Below are positions 11,566 to 21,474 of a DNA stretch of 64,000 nt, piece after piece. Origin of the DNA: Nitrospinales bacterium (GTDB taxonomy: Bacteria; Nitrospinota; Nitrospinia; Nitrospinales; VA-1); assembly GCA_965262115.1 (NCBI GenBank), contig OZ253496.1, positions 1,856,001-1,920,000 of the forward strand, written 5' to 3'. How positions within the stretch are numbered: the stretch's first letter is position 1; every line of letters starts with the position of its first letter. The notes beneath the pieces were generated by a model. It was not told where the DNA came from, did not search any database, and worked only from the letters and a program-made list of their open reading frames with translations. Made by a program: the position numbers and the translations under genes.

Positions 11566-13269
11566 ATGAAAATATCCAAGGAATTGCTAGAGCAAATGGA
11601 AAATGATGACAAGGAGGAGCAGGAAGAGCTAACCGCAACCCAGATCGCCGCCTATGAAGAGATGGAGGGCTATTTTAACGAGAGTCTTGGCCGCTTTAAA
11701 GCTTCGCAGATCATCATAGGAAAGGTGATCGCCATTTCCAACGGACTGGCCACCATCGATGTCGGCTTTAAATCAGAAGGCATGGTCTCGCTTTCCGAAT
11801 TCCCTGAAAACGGCAAGAACCTGCAGCTTGATGAAGAGGTTGTGGTCTTTCTTGAAAAGGTTGAAGACAACGATGGCAATGTGGTCTTGTCCAAAGAAAA
11901 AGCCAATAAAATTAAAATCTGGGATGATCTGGTGCAAACTTATGAAGCGGATGAAACCATTCAGGGTACGGTGGTGGCCAAAGCCAAGGGCGGATTAACC
12001 GTCGATATCGGACTCAAAGCCTTCCTGCCTGGTTCCCAGATCGACCTTCGCCCGATTCGCAATCTGGAAAAACTGCTGGGCGAAAAATTCGACATGAAAA
12101 TCATCAAGATGAATAAAAAACGCGGCAATATTGTCTTGTCGCGAAGAATTCTCCTTGAAGAACAACGCAAACAGATTCGCGAAGGCACTCTGGAGAAAAT
12201 GAGTGAAGGCAGCCTCATTGAAGGTATCGTTAAAAATATCACCGAATACGGAGTGTTCATCGACCTGGGCGGAATTGACGGTCTGCTTCATATCACCGAT
12301 ATGTCATGGGGCCGGGTCAACCATCCTTCCGAAATGTTTTCCATTGGGGACAAAGCCACGGTCATGGTTCTCAAGTACGATAAAGAAAAAGAACGCGTCT
12401 CGCTCGGTCTCAAACAAACCAGTGCCGACCCATGGGTGGATGTCGATTCCAAATACCCGGTCAGCACACAAATCAAGGGACGGGTAGTCAGCATCACCGA
12501 CTATGGCGTGTTTGTAGAACTCGAAAAAGGCATTGAAGGGCTGGTCCACATTTCTGAAATGAGTTGGAGCCGTCATGTCAAACACCCGAGCAAAATGGTT
12601 TCGATCGGGGATGAAGTGGAAGCCATTGTGCTGACCCTCGATAAAGATAAAAAACGGATTTCGCTCGGCATGAAACAAATCGAGCCCAACCCGTGGGAAA
12701 AAATTGAAGAAAAATATCCCATTGGTTCTGAAGTTGAGGGCACGGTTCGCAACCTGACCGACTTTGGCGCCTTCGTGGAACTGGAAGATGGCGTGGATGG
12801 ACTGATCCATATTTCCGATTTGAGTTGGAAAAAAATCAAACATCCTTCTGAAATCCTGAGGAAAAAAGACAGAGTCACATCAGCCGTGCTCAGCATCGAC
12901 AAGGAAAACTGCCGCATCTCTCTTGGGGTTAAACAGTTGCAACCCGACCCCTGGGATGATATCGCAGCCAACTATCCTATCGGCACCAAAGTCACCGGCA
13001 AGATCATCAAGGTGACAGGATTCGGAGCGTTCGCGGAATTTGGCGACGGATTAGAAGGCCTGATCCATGTTTCGCAACTCAGTTCTGAAAAGATTACCGA
13101 TCCTGAATCTGCGGTAAAGGTGGACGATGATATCAAGGCAAAAGTGATCAAAGTGGATACCTCTAACAAAAAGATCGCTTTAAGCATTAAAGCCCATATG
13201 GAAAACCTCGACATTTCGCAGATCGAAAAAGAACAGGTAGACCTGGAAGGCTTTAAAGAAGAAGAGTAA
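11566..13269 (+). CDS. rpsA: 30S ribosomal protein S1
   Basis: Six S1 repeats (AFLPGSQ, DGLLHITD, EGLVHISE, DGLIHISD, EGLIHVSQ). Confidence 0.97.
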   Translation: MKISKELLEQMENDDKEEQEELTATQIAAYEEMEGYFNESLGRFKASQIIIGKVIAISNGLATIDVGFKSEGMVSLSEFPENGKNLQLDEEVVVFLEKVEDNDGNVVLSKEKANKIKIWDDLVQTYEADETIQGTVVAKAKGGLTVDIGLKAFLPGSQIDLRPIRNLEKLLGEKFDMKIIKMNKKRGNIVLSRRILLEEQRKQIREGTLEKMSEGSLIEGIVKNITEYGVFIDLGGIDGLLHITDMSWGRVNHPSEMFSIGDKATVMVLKYDKEKERVSLGLKQTSADPWVDVDSKYPVSTQIKGRVVSITDYGVFVELEKGIEGLVHISEMSWSRHVKHPSKMVSIGDEVEAIVLTLDKDKKRISLGMKQIEPNPWEKIEEKYPIGSEVEGTVRNLTDFGAFVELEDGVDGLIHISDLSWKKIKHPSEILRKKDRVTSAVLSIDKENCRISLGVKQLQPDPWDDIAANYPIGTKVTGKIIKVTGFGAFAEFGDGLEGLIHVSQLSSEKITDPESAVKVDDDIKAKVIKVDTSNKKIALSIKAHMENLDISQIEKEQVDLEGFKEEE

Positions 13270-13280
13270 AACCTGAAAAA

Positions 13281-13304
13281 TTCTGGACCCGAAAGGGTCC
13301 AGAA
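13281..13304. other. perfect 10-bp stem-loop between rpsA and sppA
   Basis: ttctggaccc-gaaa-gggtccagaa. No clear U-tract on the + strand, so it may be a stabiliser or a weak terminator. Confidence 0.5.
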
Positions 13305-13312
13305 TCTTGAAC

Positions 13313-14212
13313 ATGGAAACTACAATCCAACCTAAACGATCTTTCTTCAAATCTTTTATGCGGTTTGCGGTGGGACTTTTTGTCTTGATGATATTGATAA
13401 GCATCGGCTCTGCCCTGTTGCCGGATCGTTGGAAATCCCCTTCCGGCGAAATTGCCCTGATCCACGTTCAGGGAGTGCTGATGAATTCCCGGGACATTGT
13501 CCGCCAGCTCTCCGACTATCGCCACAATCCGAAAGTGCGGGGCATCATCCTGCGCATTGATTCTCCAGGCGGAGCGGTTGCACCGGCACAGGAGATTTAC
13601 AGCGAAATCATGAAACTCCGGGCCGATCATAAAACGGTTTATGCCTCCATGGGAACGGTGGCGGCCTCGGGTGGATATTATATTGCCTGCGCGGCCGATT
13701 ACGTTTTGGCTAATCCCGGTACCCTGACGGGGAGCATATCTGCCGTGATGGCTTTTAATAACATTGAGGAACTGACTAAAAAAATTGGCATTAAACCCAA
13801 TATCATTAAGAGCGGTAAGTTCAAAGACATGGGTTCCCCCCTGCGAGCCATGAGTCCGGAGGAACAAAAACTTTTGCAAAATGTCGTGGACGATGTGCAC
13901 CAGCAATTTGTGCAGGCTATCGCGAAAGGCCGAAACCTGCCCCTTGCCCAGGTTCAAAAGATTGCTGATGGAAGGATCATGACTGGCCAACAGGCTCTAA
14001 AGCTTAAACTGATTGATGAGATGGGCGGACTTGAAAAAACCATCGAACTGCTGGCAAAAAAGCTCGGTATCAAAGTAAGGCCTAAAGTCATTGAACAAAA
14101 AGAAAAAATTCCTTTCCTCGACTGGCTCCTGCAGAGTTCGCTTTCCAGTGGACTGGCCGAAACCTTAATGCCATCCTCCTACCCCCGCTTGCAATATCTC
14201 TGGTTTCCATGA
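13313..14212 (+). CDS. sppA: signal peptide peptidase SppA (36K type)
   Basis: N-terminal TM segment; LRIDSPGG, AASGGYY, TGSI, KSGKFKD. Confidence 0.93.
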   Translation: METTIQPKRSFFKSFMRFAVGLFVLMILISIGSALLPDRWKSPSGEIALIHVQGVLMNSRDIVRQLSDYRHNPKVRGIILRIDSPGGAVAPAQEIYSEIMKLRADHKTVYASMGTVAASGGYYIACAADYVLANPGTLTGSISAVMAFNNIEELTKKIGIKPNIIKSGKFKDMGSPLRAMSPEEQKLLQNVVDDVHQQFVQAIAKGRNLPLAQVQKIADGRIMTGQQALKLKLIDEMGGLEKTIELLAKKLGIKVRPKVIEQKEKIPFLDWLLQSSLSSGLAETLMPSSYPRLQYLWFP

Positions 14213-14369
14213 AAAAAAAATGGGTTATGGCGCCTTGTGCCACACAGAAAAACTAATACACCCTCCCCCAATCAGGTCATGCGACCTCGTTAATCCAGAC
14301 TCCTGAAAGGGACTTTTCAAGCGCAAAAGCGGAGCCTTAAAACCGGGTAAACCCATTAAAATATTGGGC

Positions 14370-14397
14370 TTGACTTAATTCCACCTAATGCTATACT
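14370..14397 (+). promoter_or_regulatory. sigma70 promoter upstream of IHF/HU gene
   Basis: TTGACT-16 nt-TATACT with extended -10 TG. Confidence 0.6.
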
Positions 14398-14455
14398 TCC
14401 GCTAATTCTGATTTCAAAAGCATTTAAAATGTTTACCGGTGGGGGAGACTTTTTA

Positions 14456-14758
14456 ATGACTAAAGCAGAGCTTGTTGAAAGAGTGGCCAACCAGATCAAC
14501 CTGACGAAGAAACAGACCGAGGTCGTGGTGAATACTGTTTTTTCTAGCATTACTGGATCGCTGGCAGAAGGGAAAAAAGTCGAATTGAGAGGGTTTGGAA
14601 GTTTCCGAATCCGGCAAAGAAATGCTAGGGTGGGACGCAATCCCAAGTCTGGACAAAAAGTGGAGGTCCCCTCTAAAAAAGTGCCTTTTTTCAAGGCCGG
14701 AAAAGAGTTGAGGGAACTGGTGGACAAGCACGAAAAAGCTCAAGAGGTAGAGCCCTAA
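14456..14758 (+). CDS. integration host factor beta / HU family DNA-binding protein
   Basis: MTKAEL...VELRGFGSF...RVGRNPKSG...VPFFKAGKELR; position after rpsA is typical of ihfB. Confidence 0.93.
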   Translation: MTKAELVERVANQINLTKKQTEVVVNTVFSSITGSLAEGKKVELRGFGSFRIRQRNARVGRNPKSGQKVEVPSKKVPFFKAGKELRELVDKHEKAQEVEP

Positions 14759-14960
14759 AAGGGATTTTAAAGCTAAATCCCCCACCTCATTCGTAAAAAA
14801 CTGGGGCCACTGGATCCATTGGTGCCCACACCGCACCCCTTCCCCAGCTGAAAACAATTAGTCTTTAGTTTTCAATAACTTCATTTCAAGAATACGCGAG
14901 TGAATGTTCTGTTACCCGGTCGGGTTTCAACAGAAAGAGTTACATTCGACCTATAAATTT

Positions 14961-16031
14961 ATGTCTGGAAGCACGTTCGGAAAACTTTTTAAAATTACCA
15001 CCTGGGGCGAGTCTCATGGTGATGGCGTCGGGGTTGTCGTGGAGGGTTGCCCGGCCGGATTGCCCCTCAAGGAATCTGATATCCAAAAAGATCTGGACCG
15101 ACGACGAACCGGACAAAGTAAAGTCACCACCACCCGCAAGGAAGGTGACAAAATCCAAATCATGTCCGGTGTCTTTAAGGGCAAAACCACCGGCACGCCT
15201 ATTTCCATGCGCGTCGACAACAAAGATGCCGATTCCTCAAAATATGAATTGATCAAACACCTGTACCGTCCCGGTCACGCGGACTACACCTATGATGCAA
15301 AATACGGCTTTCGCGATTACCGGGGTGGAGGACGGTCCAGCGCCCGGGAAACTGTAGGCAGAGTGGCCGCCGGGGCCATCGCTAAAAAACTTTTGGCCCG
15401 CGATAAAATCACCATCACCGGGTTCACCCGACAAATCGGGCACCACACAGCATCAACCGTAAACTTCAAGGAAATAGAAAAAAATATCGTGCGTTGTCCA
15501 GATGCAAAAACCGCCGAAAAAATGGTGGACGCTATCATGCAGGCGCGAAAAAACGGCGACTCGTTGGGAGGCATCGTCGAAGTGGTTGCCCAGGGAGTGC
15601 CAGCCGGACTGGGAGAACCTGTCTTCGACAGGCTGGATGCCGACTTGGCCAAGGCGGTCATGAGCATCCCTGCGGTAAAAGGAATGGAAATTGGCGCAGG
15701 ATTCCAAACCGCCACCATGACCGGTTCAGAGTGCAATGATGTTTTTGTCACGAAAAACAAAAAGGTGATGACCAAAACCAATAACGCCGGGGGGATTCTC
15801 GGTGGCATTTCCAATGGCATGGATATCGTTGTCAAATTGGTGGTGAAACCGACTTCATCCATCAACAAGACGCAAGAAACCGTTACCCAAAAAGGAAAAA
15901 AATCTGAAATCCGCGTTGAAGGCCGACACGATCCCTGCGTCGCTCCAAGAGCCGTTCCTATTGCCGAGGCCATGGTCGCCCTGACCCTGATTGACCATCT
16001 GCTGAGAAACAAGACTTCCCGGCTGACCTGA
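14961..16031 (+). CDS. aroC: chorismate synthase
   Basis: [43 protein letters not shown]. Confidence 0.97.
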   Translation: MSGSTFGKLFKITTWGESHGDGVGVVVEGCPAGLPLKESDIQKDLDRRRTGQSKVTTTRKEGDKIQIMSGVFKGKTTGTPISMRVDNKDADSSKYELIKHLYRPGHADYTYDAKYGFRDYRGGGRSSARETVGRVAAGAIAKKLLARDKITITGFTRQIGHHTASTVNFKEIEKNIVRCPDAKTAEKMVDAIMQARKNGDSLGGIVEVVAQGVPAGLGEPVFDRLDADLAKAVMSIPAVKGMEIGAGFQTATMTGSECNDVFVTKNKKVMTKTNNAGGILGGISNGMDIVVKLVVKPTSSINKTQETVTQKGKKSEIRVEGRHDPCVAPRAVPIAEAMVALTLIDHLLRNKTSRLT

Positions 16032-16042
16032 CCCGAACCCCT

Positions 16043-16834
16043 ATGAGAGTTGGATTCGTTCAAAACAAACCTATTTTTGCAGGGGTTCAGGAAAATCTTG
16101 ACAGGATTGAAGAACTTCTTAAAGGTCAGAGTGCTGACCTGTTTGTCCTGCCCGAACTTTTTGCCACCGGCTACCAGTTCAAAGATATGGAAGAGTCGCG
16201 TAGCCTGGCGGAACTAGTTCCAGGAGGACTCACCAGCAGCACGCTGACCGCCATCGCCAAAAAAACCAATGCCACCATCATCGCCGGCCTTGCGGAGATC
16301 GAAGACGACCAAATCTACAATTCCGCCGTTATCACGGGACCGGATGGATATATCGGAAAGTATCGCAAGCTCCATCTCTTTGATACGGAAAAGGACTGCT
16401 TCCATCAGGGCAACCTGCCGCTTAAGGTTTTTGATATCGCCGGTGCAAAAGTGGGGGTCATGATTTGTTTCGACTGGCGCTTTCCCGAAACCGCCCGAAC
16501 TCTGGCACTTCTGGGAGCGGACCTGATCGCACATCCCTCCAATATGGTGCTGACCCACTGTCCGCAGGCCATGATCACCCGTTGTCTGGAGAACCGTGTC
16601 TTTGCTGTCACCGCCGATCGAGTGGGAATGGAAGACCGTTTAGATGAAGGACCTCTTAACTTCATGGGCCAGAGTCAGGTGATAGACCCCAATGGCAATA
16701 TTTTGGTCCGGGCCTCGATGACCGATGAAGAGGTACATGTGGTCCAGTTAGACCTCAGTTTGGCCCGCGACAAATTCCTCAACCCCCGCAACCACATTTT
16801 CAACGACCGCCGCACAGACCTCTACCCCCCTTAA
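16043..16834 (+). CDS. nitrilase / carbon-nitrogen hydrolase family protein
   Basis: E-K-C triad: LPEL, YRKLHL, ICFDWRFPE. Confidence 0.9.
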   Translation: MRVGFVQNKPIFAGVQENLDRIEELLKGQSADLFVLPELFATGYQFKDMEESRSLAELVPGGLTSSTLTAIAKKTNATIIAGLAEIEDDQIYNSAVITGPDGYIGKYRKLHLFDTEKDCFHQGNLPLKVFDIAGAKVGVMICFDWRFPETARTLALLGADLIAHPSNMVLTHCPQAMITRCLENRVFAVTADRVGMEDRLDEGPLNFMGQSQVIDPNGNILVRASMTDEEVHVVQLDLSLARDKFLNPRNHIFNDRRTDLYPP

Positions 16835-16960
16835 CAGATAACAATGGCCCCGTTTTGAAATAACCTCACCATAGGTTAAAATAGGGCTACAGTTTAATTG
16901 AAAAATATTACACATCATTCATCAGCATTCACTGCTTGCTGATTATTTGAGAGGAATAGA

Positions 16961-17392
16961 ATGGGTAACGAAAAATCACGGTTTTTGAAAAGAGATGATG
17001 GAACTATTTACGATTCTCTGACCAGCGTCACCTGGATGGCCAACGACTCACGGTTGGATCTGGAAAAAGAGGTCTCTTACTCGGAAACGGAAGAATATGT
17101 AAAATCAATGAACGAAAAAAAAGTGGGCGGCTATGCGGACTGGCGTCTCCCTTCCATCCATGAAGCATCCTCCATTTTTGACAAGGAAAAGTTGAACAAA
17201 GATTTCAAGGGCGCCGACATACATCTCGACTCTGTGTTTCCTGCCGGTGCGGGCAACTGCACATGGACTTCAGCCACTCGCGGCAAGGAAGCACAAATCA
17301 TGTTTTACATGAACGGCTGTGCCTACTGGTACAGAAAGGACGACCAAACCATTTCCCACGGGGCACGCCTCGTCCGCCGCGACAACAACTAG
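16961..17392 (+). CDS. DUF1566 (Lcl C-terminal-like) domain protein
   Basis: DGTIYD..T...W, GGYADWRLPS..E, WTS, ARLVR pattern. Confidence 0.8.
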   Translation: MGNEKSRFLKRDDGTIYDSLTSVTWMANDSRLDLEKEVSYSETEEYVKSMNEKKVGGYADWRLPSIHEASSIFDKEKLNKDFKGADIHLDSVFPAGAGNCTWTSATRGKEAQIMFYMNGCAYWYRKDDQTISHGARLVRRDNN

Positions 17393-17532
17393 GCGTTGGG
17401 CCAACTAGCAATAAGGTGTTTGACCGACAAACTTCTTCTCGGCTTGAACAGGTTTAACTCCCTCTTTCTAAAAGAGGGCTGGGGTGATTGACCACCAGAG
17501 GGTGTCATGCTGAGCCTGTCGAAGCATCTATT

Positions 17533-17572
17533 TGTGATATTTGACCAGTGCCTTCATGCCCCCGTAGAAGTA
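17533..17572 (+). repeat. degenerate ~40-bp micro-element copy
   Basis: tgtgatatttgaccagtgccttcatgcccccgtagaagta. Confidence 0.6.
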
Positions 17573-17594
17573 TAACGAGCTCTTACTATTTACA

Positions 17595-17635
17595 TCCCTC
17601 CCTTCATAGGGAGGGACTGAGGGAGGGTTGGCTTT
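17595..17635 (+). repeat. REP-like palindrome, second copy at 47908-47948
   Basis: tccctcccttcatagggagggactgagggagggttggcttt, 40/41 identical to 47908-47948. Confidence 0.85.
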
Positions 17636-17637
17636 TT

Positions 17638-18699
17638 ATGACCCGTAAAAAGAAAAAAAGGTTCTTTCTATGTTTCTTGGCAGTTTTGATACTTCTAAAC
17701 TGCACCAGCCGCGATAGCCTGGCAAAATGCCCCACAAGAATGGGTTCTATTTTTACCCCGGACCATTTTTCCGTGATCACGCGCAGGGGCTCGGTCACCA
17801 AATTCCCAGAAAATACTATTCCAGCTTTTCAGGAGGCGTTGAACGTGGATGGCGCCAACTCTCTCGAAGTCGATCTGTCTCTGACCAAGGATAGAAAAAT
17901 TGTTCTCTGGCACGATTGGGATCCGAACAGTCCAATGGCGCTGATCAGGCAGGAGAAGAGCGAGTCAGTTGAAAAACTCAAGCCTTCCGGTCCCTCGTTA
18001 GGGGAGTCAAGATGGAGAAAAAAAGTCAGCAAACTTACTTTGGTCGAATTTATAGAACACTACGGATATGAGGATAAAATCACCAACACCAAATCGGATG
18101 TTAAGATTCCAACCCTGCAAGCTTTTATGGAATGGGCCACACAGCAGGATAAACTCAAGCTGGTGTTATTGAAATTAAAAATTCCAGCGAACGAAAGCCA
18201 TTTAGCCCCGATCATGCTCAAAAAAATAAGGCTGGTTATTGGCAGCATTTATCCAGCCCCAAAATTTCAATTCATATTGTCAACGCCGCATAAAGAAGTT
18301 TTAAACCTGATCAGAAATCGATTTGATGAATTTTTATTTTCTTATGACCGGGAAATCCCCCCTGTTGGGATCATAAATTATCATGGCTTCACATCTGTCC
18401 CCACTGCCATGGATTTTAAAAACAGCTATGCGGGTATCGGGCTCCCCATCCATGCTGGCCTTCCTGACTCCTCAACCCCGGACCCATGGCTGACCTACAA
18501 ATATGTCTTAACTCTGGACTTTAAAATTCGTGATGGCTACAAAAAAAGTACTTCCAATTATATTAAAATTATCAGCCGGACCTTTAATGACGAGAAAAAA
18601 ATGAGATGCCTGATCAATCTGGGGGTCGATGGAATTGTGACGGACAAGCCTAAAATGCTACGCAGAATCGCATTGGATATGGGAAAAATTTTAGATTGA
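17638..18699 (+). CDS. glycerophosphodiester phosphodiesterase family protein, exported, catalytic motifs altered
   Basis: PENTIPAF, LEVDL.LTKD..IVLWHD, IPTL, GVDGIVTDKP; N-terminal signal peptide. Confidence 0.8.
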   Translation: MTRKKKKRFFLCFLAVLILLNCTSRDSLAKCPTRMGSIFTPDHFSVITRRGSVTKFPENTIPAFQEALNVDGANSLEVDLSLTKDRKIVLWHDWDPNSPMALIRQEKSESVEKLKPSGPSLGESRWRKKVSKLTLVEFIEHYGYEDKITNTKSDVKIPTLQAFMEWATQQDKLKLVLLKLKIPANESHLAPIMLKKIRLVIGSIYPAPKFQFILSTPHKEVLNLIRNRFDEFLFSYDREIPPVGIINYHGFTSVPTAMDFKNSYAGIGLPIHAGLPDSSTPDPWLTYKYVLTLDFKIRDGYKKSTSNYIKIISRTFNDEKKMRCLINLGVDGIVTDKPKMLRRIALDMGKILD

Positions 18700-18740
18700 T
18701 ACATGTTTAAAATCAGAAGCCTTAATGATTGGCTTTGGGA

Positions 18741-19423
18741 TCACTCTTCGAGGGAGAGCTTTGCATAACCCAAGATTCTTCGTTGCAATAGCTCCTCAGA
18801 ATGACAAAATAGCCTTTTATTGTCATGCTGAGCTTGTCGAAGCATCTCGCTTTTCTGCTTTATAGACTTACGCAAAGGTCTCGCTTCGAGGGTCATGTAC
18901 TTTGGATTGTCGAACATAAGTCCGAAGGCGGGGACTTTTTTGGGCTGGCGGGTCAGGTTGCGGTATATCTCGTGAAATGATTCAGTATCCAACGAATCAT
19001 CCATCAACCCGACCAGTTGCTGCGGGGTGATGGCATTCATCGAATTTTCCGAAAACAGCGAGGTTCCAATTCCGGACCAATGCGAAGAGACAAAACCCTG
19101 ACGCACCAAATGGGTAGTGCCGAGCGAGTTTCTCCGGCTTTGGCAAGGATGTGCCGGGCAATGTAGGCGGGGACGCAACGGCCAATGGCTACTATCCGCG
19201 ATGGATTCTCCGCCGGGTAAACAAAAAGTCCCACCACCGTGTTGCCCATCTCAGCAAATTCTTTGCGGATGTTTTTTAAATCTTTTTCATAGCGTTTCGA
19301 GACCCAGGCTTCCAGTTTTACCGGCTTATGGGAAATGGAAACACAGTTTTTTTCTGCATACAAGATACCCGGAGTAACCGTCAATTCTATTAAAATTAGA
19401 AAAATACTAATTCGGCGAGCCAC
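18741..19423 (-). pseudogene. frameshifted paralog of 19583-20155 with an in-frame MITE at its 3' end
   Basis: ORF 19037-19465 matches the paralog's N-half (VAIGRCVPAYIA) and ORF 18741-19178 its C-half (HW.GIG, FGL). The frame changes near 19130. Confidence 0.75.
18754..18882. mobile_element. 129-bp MITE with GAGAGCTTTGCATAA/TTACGCAAAGGTCTC ends
   Basis: Terminal inverted repeats; flanks tcttcgagg and gcttcgagg (8/9 direct repeat); internal REP-like hairpins. Partial copy at 53458-53531. Confidence 0.8.
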
Positions 19424-19449
19424 CGTTAGCAGATGGCAAGAACTCGTTA

Positions 19450-19555
19450 TACCCCTCCCGGGCATGAAAGCTGAGGAAAGATTATCACAAGCCGAAATTA
19501 CGTTTGCCTGCCGGACATGATATTTATTCCTTAGCCTTCGTGCCCCGAAGGGGTA
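19450..19555. repeat. two ~40-bp micro-element copies (19450-19489 minus, 19516-19555 plus)
   Basis: Removal restores ttaagccgaaattacgtttgcctgccggaaaaagctattgct, which resembles the uninterrupted repeat at about 25388-25430. Confidence 0.85.
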
Positions 19556-19582
19556 AAAAGCTATTGCTAGTTGGCCTCACGG

Positions 19583-20155
19583 CTAGTGGGCGGTTTTGAC
19601 ATTGGGAACCTGCAAACCAAAATAGGGTGTCAACTTATTGGGCACCGACAATTTTCGGTACAGGACATGGAATTCTTCATCCGAAATATCCTGTTTCAAT
19701 AGTTGTTGAACCTGCTCGGCAGAAACGATCTGTTGTGAAGGTTCATCAAACATAGTGACGCCAACACCTACCCAATGGGTATGGACGAACTGCTGTTGCA
19801 CCAGACTCTCGACACCGGTGCTGTATTCCATGGATTTTTTGATAATGTGCTGGGCAATATAGGCTGGCACGCATCGCCCCACCGCAATCACTTTTGAGGT
19901 CTCGCCCATGGGATACACCCTCAAGGCCACGCGTGTGGAACCTATCTCACCAAATTCCTTGAAGACCTGTTTTCTTTGCTTGCGATAAGATTTGGAAATA
20001 TAGCCCTCAATTTTGATACGTTTTTGATCGACGGGTTCACATTTTTCCTCGGCAAACACCGGAGCCACCATCCCTAAAACCATCAAAACAGGTAATGCCT
20101 GCATTCGGAACCGCTGCCATAACTCACTGAATTGCTGCTTTTTTAATTGCATCAT
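19583..20155 (-). CDS. hypothetical exported protein
   Basis: 190 aa, signal peptide ending VFA, two Cys; paralogous to the adjacent pseudogene. Confidence 0.75.
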   Translation of the reverse strand: MMQLKKQQFSELWQRFRMQALPVLMVLGMVAPVFAEEKCEPVDQKRIKIEGYISKSYRKQRKQVFKEFGEIGSTRVALRVYPMGETSKVIAVGRCVPAYIAQHIIKKSMEYSTGVESLVQQQFVHTHWVGVGVTMFDEPSQQIVSAEQVQQLLKQDISDEEFHVLYRKLSVPNKLTPYFGLQVPNVKTAH

Positions 20156-20227
20156 GAATTTTCCTGTTTATCCGGTTTGAGACAAATCCTCTGTTATAAT
20201 AGTTCGACTCCATTGACCTTGCTCCAC

Positions 20228-20461
20228 CTATGGGGTCTTATTAATGAATTCTTCAGCGCTTTGTTCGCTTGAAAAATAATATTCCTTGCCGTTGATGGTT
20301 TTTTTGATCGCCTCAGATTTCGGGATATAGACCCCATTATTGGGGTCCATGACCATTTCTGTAGGTTCCTGTTCCGCGGATGAACTTTTTGAGGGAAAAA
20401 TCGCGCGTGCAATAAGAATCAGCAGAACTACGGCAATTCCAAATAGTGCTAAACGGACCAT
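20228..20461 (-). CDS. small membrane-anchored YHS/TRASH-like protein
   Basis: N-terminal TM segment, then MVMDP..GVYIP...A....GKEYYF.S..SA..F. Confidence 0.7.
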   Translation of the reverse strand: MVRLALFGIAVVLLILIARAIFPSKSSSAEQEPTEMVMDPNNGVYIPKSEAIKKTINGKEYYFSSEQSAEEFINKTP

Positions 20462-20545
20462 AGGGTCATTTTAAAGTTTTGCCGCACGAAATACAACCCG
20501 GCAGAAATTAGCAAGAACAGGCATCATTGAATTATAGCTCTGACT

Positions 20546-21463
20546 ATGACCGACAAAACAACCACAGACAAACCGGATAAATCCCGATTGCCGGCGGTTC
20601 GGACCAAAGGTTCGCTGGTCCCGCTCGACCCTTATTCGGCTTATCTTCAGGAAGTCCGTAAATACCCACTGCTGACGGAAGAGGAGGAGAAAGAGCTGGC
20701 CATCCGTTACAAAGAAACCGGTGATCTTGAGGCTGCCTATAAACTGACCACCGCCAACCTGATGCTGGTCATTAAAATCGCCATGACCTTCAAGCGCGAG
20801 TGGCAGAACCTGATGGACTTGATTCAGGAAGGCAATGTTGGACTGATGAAAGCGGTTAAAAATTTTGACCCCTTTCGCGGAGTGCGTCTTTCTGCCTATG
20901 CCACCTGGTGGATCAAGTCATATATCCTGAAACATATTCTCGATAACTGGCGGTTGGTGCGGGTGGGCACCACCAACGCACGGCGAAAACTATTGTTCAA
21001 CCTGAAAAGGGAAAAGGAAAAGCTCGAACAAGAGGGGTTTGACCCCACCACCAAGTTACTGGCCGAACGGTTTGGGGTTGATGAAGGAGAGATCATAGAC
21101 GTCTCGGCCAGCATTGGTGCGATGGATATTTCCATCGACACCCCCTCCCACCCCGACAGTACGATGACTCCAGCGCAAACTCTTACAGACGGGAAATCTG
21201 TTGAAGCTAATGTGGAACTCAACCAGTTCCGGGAAATTCTCAATAAAAATATTGAAAGCTTTAAAACCGATTTGAACGCCAACGAAATAGAAATTCTCAA
21301 CCAGCGCGTTCTTTCTGAAGACCCTTTATCGCTGCAGGAAATCGGTGACCAAAGAGGGGTAACGCGAGAAGCGGTGCGCCAGGCCGAGCAAAGATTATTA
21401 AAAAAATTTAAAACTTTTATCGAAGAAAAAATGCCGGAAGCGGCAGACTATTTTAAAACCTGA
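20546..21463 (+). CDS. RNA polymerase sigma factor, RpoH/sigma-32-like
   Basis: [26 protein letters not shown]; RpoH-box-like RKLLFNLK; region 4 SLQEIG...VTREAVRQ. Confidence 0.88.
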   Translation: MTDKTTTDKPDKSRLPAVRTKGSLVPLDPYSAYLQEVRKYPLLTEEEEKELAIRYKETGDLEAAYKLTTANLMLVIKIAMTFKREWQNLMDLIQEGNVGLMKAVKNFDPFRGVRLSAYATWWIKSYILKHILDNWRLVRVGTTNARRKLLFNLKREKEKLEQEGFDPTTKLLAERFGVDEGEIIDVSASIGAMDISIDTPSHPDSTMTPAQTLTDGKSVEANVELNQFREILNKNIESFKTDLNANEIEILNQRVLSEDPLSLQEIGDQRGVTREAVRQAEQRLLKKFKTFIEEKMPEAADYFKT

Positions 21464-21474
21464 GGAGGAGCATT

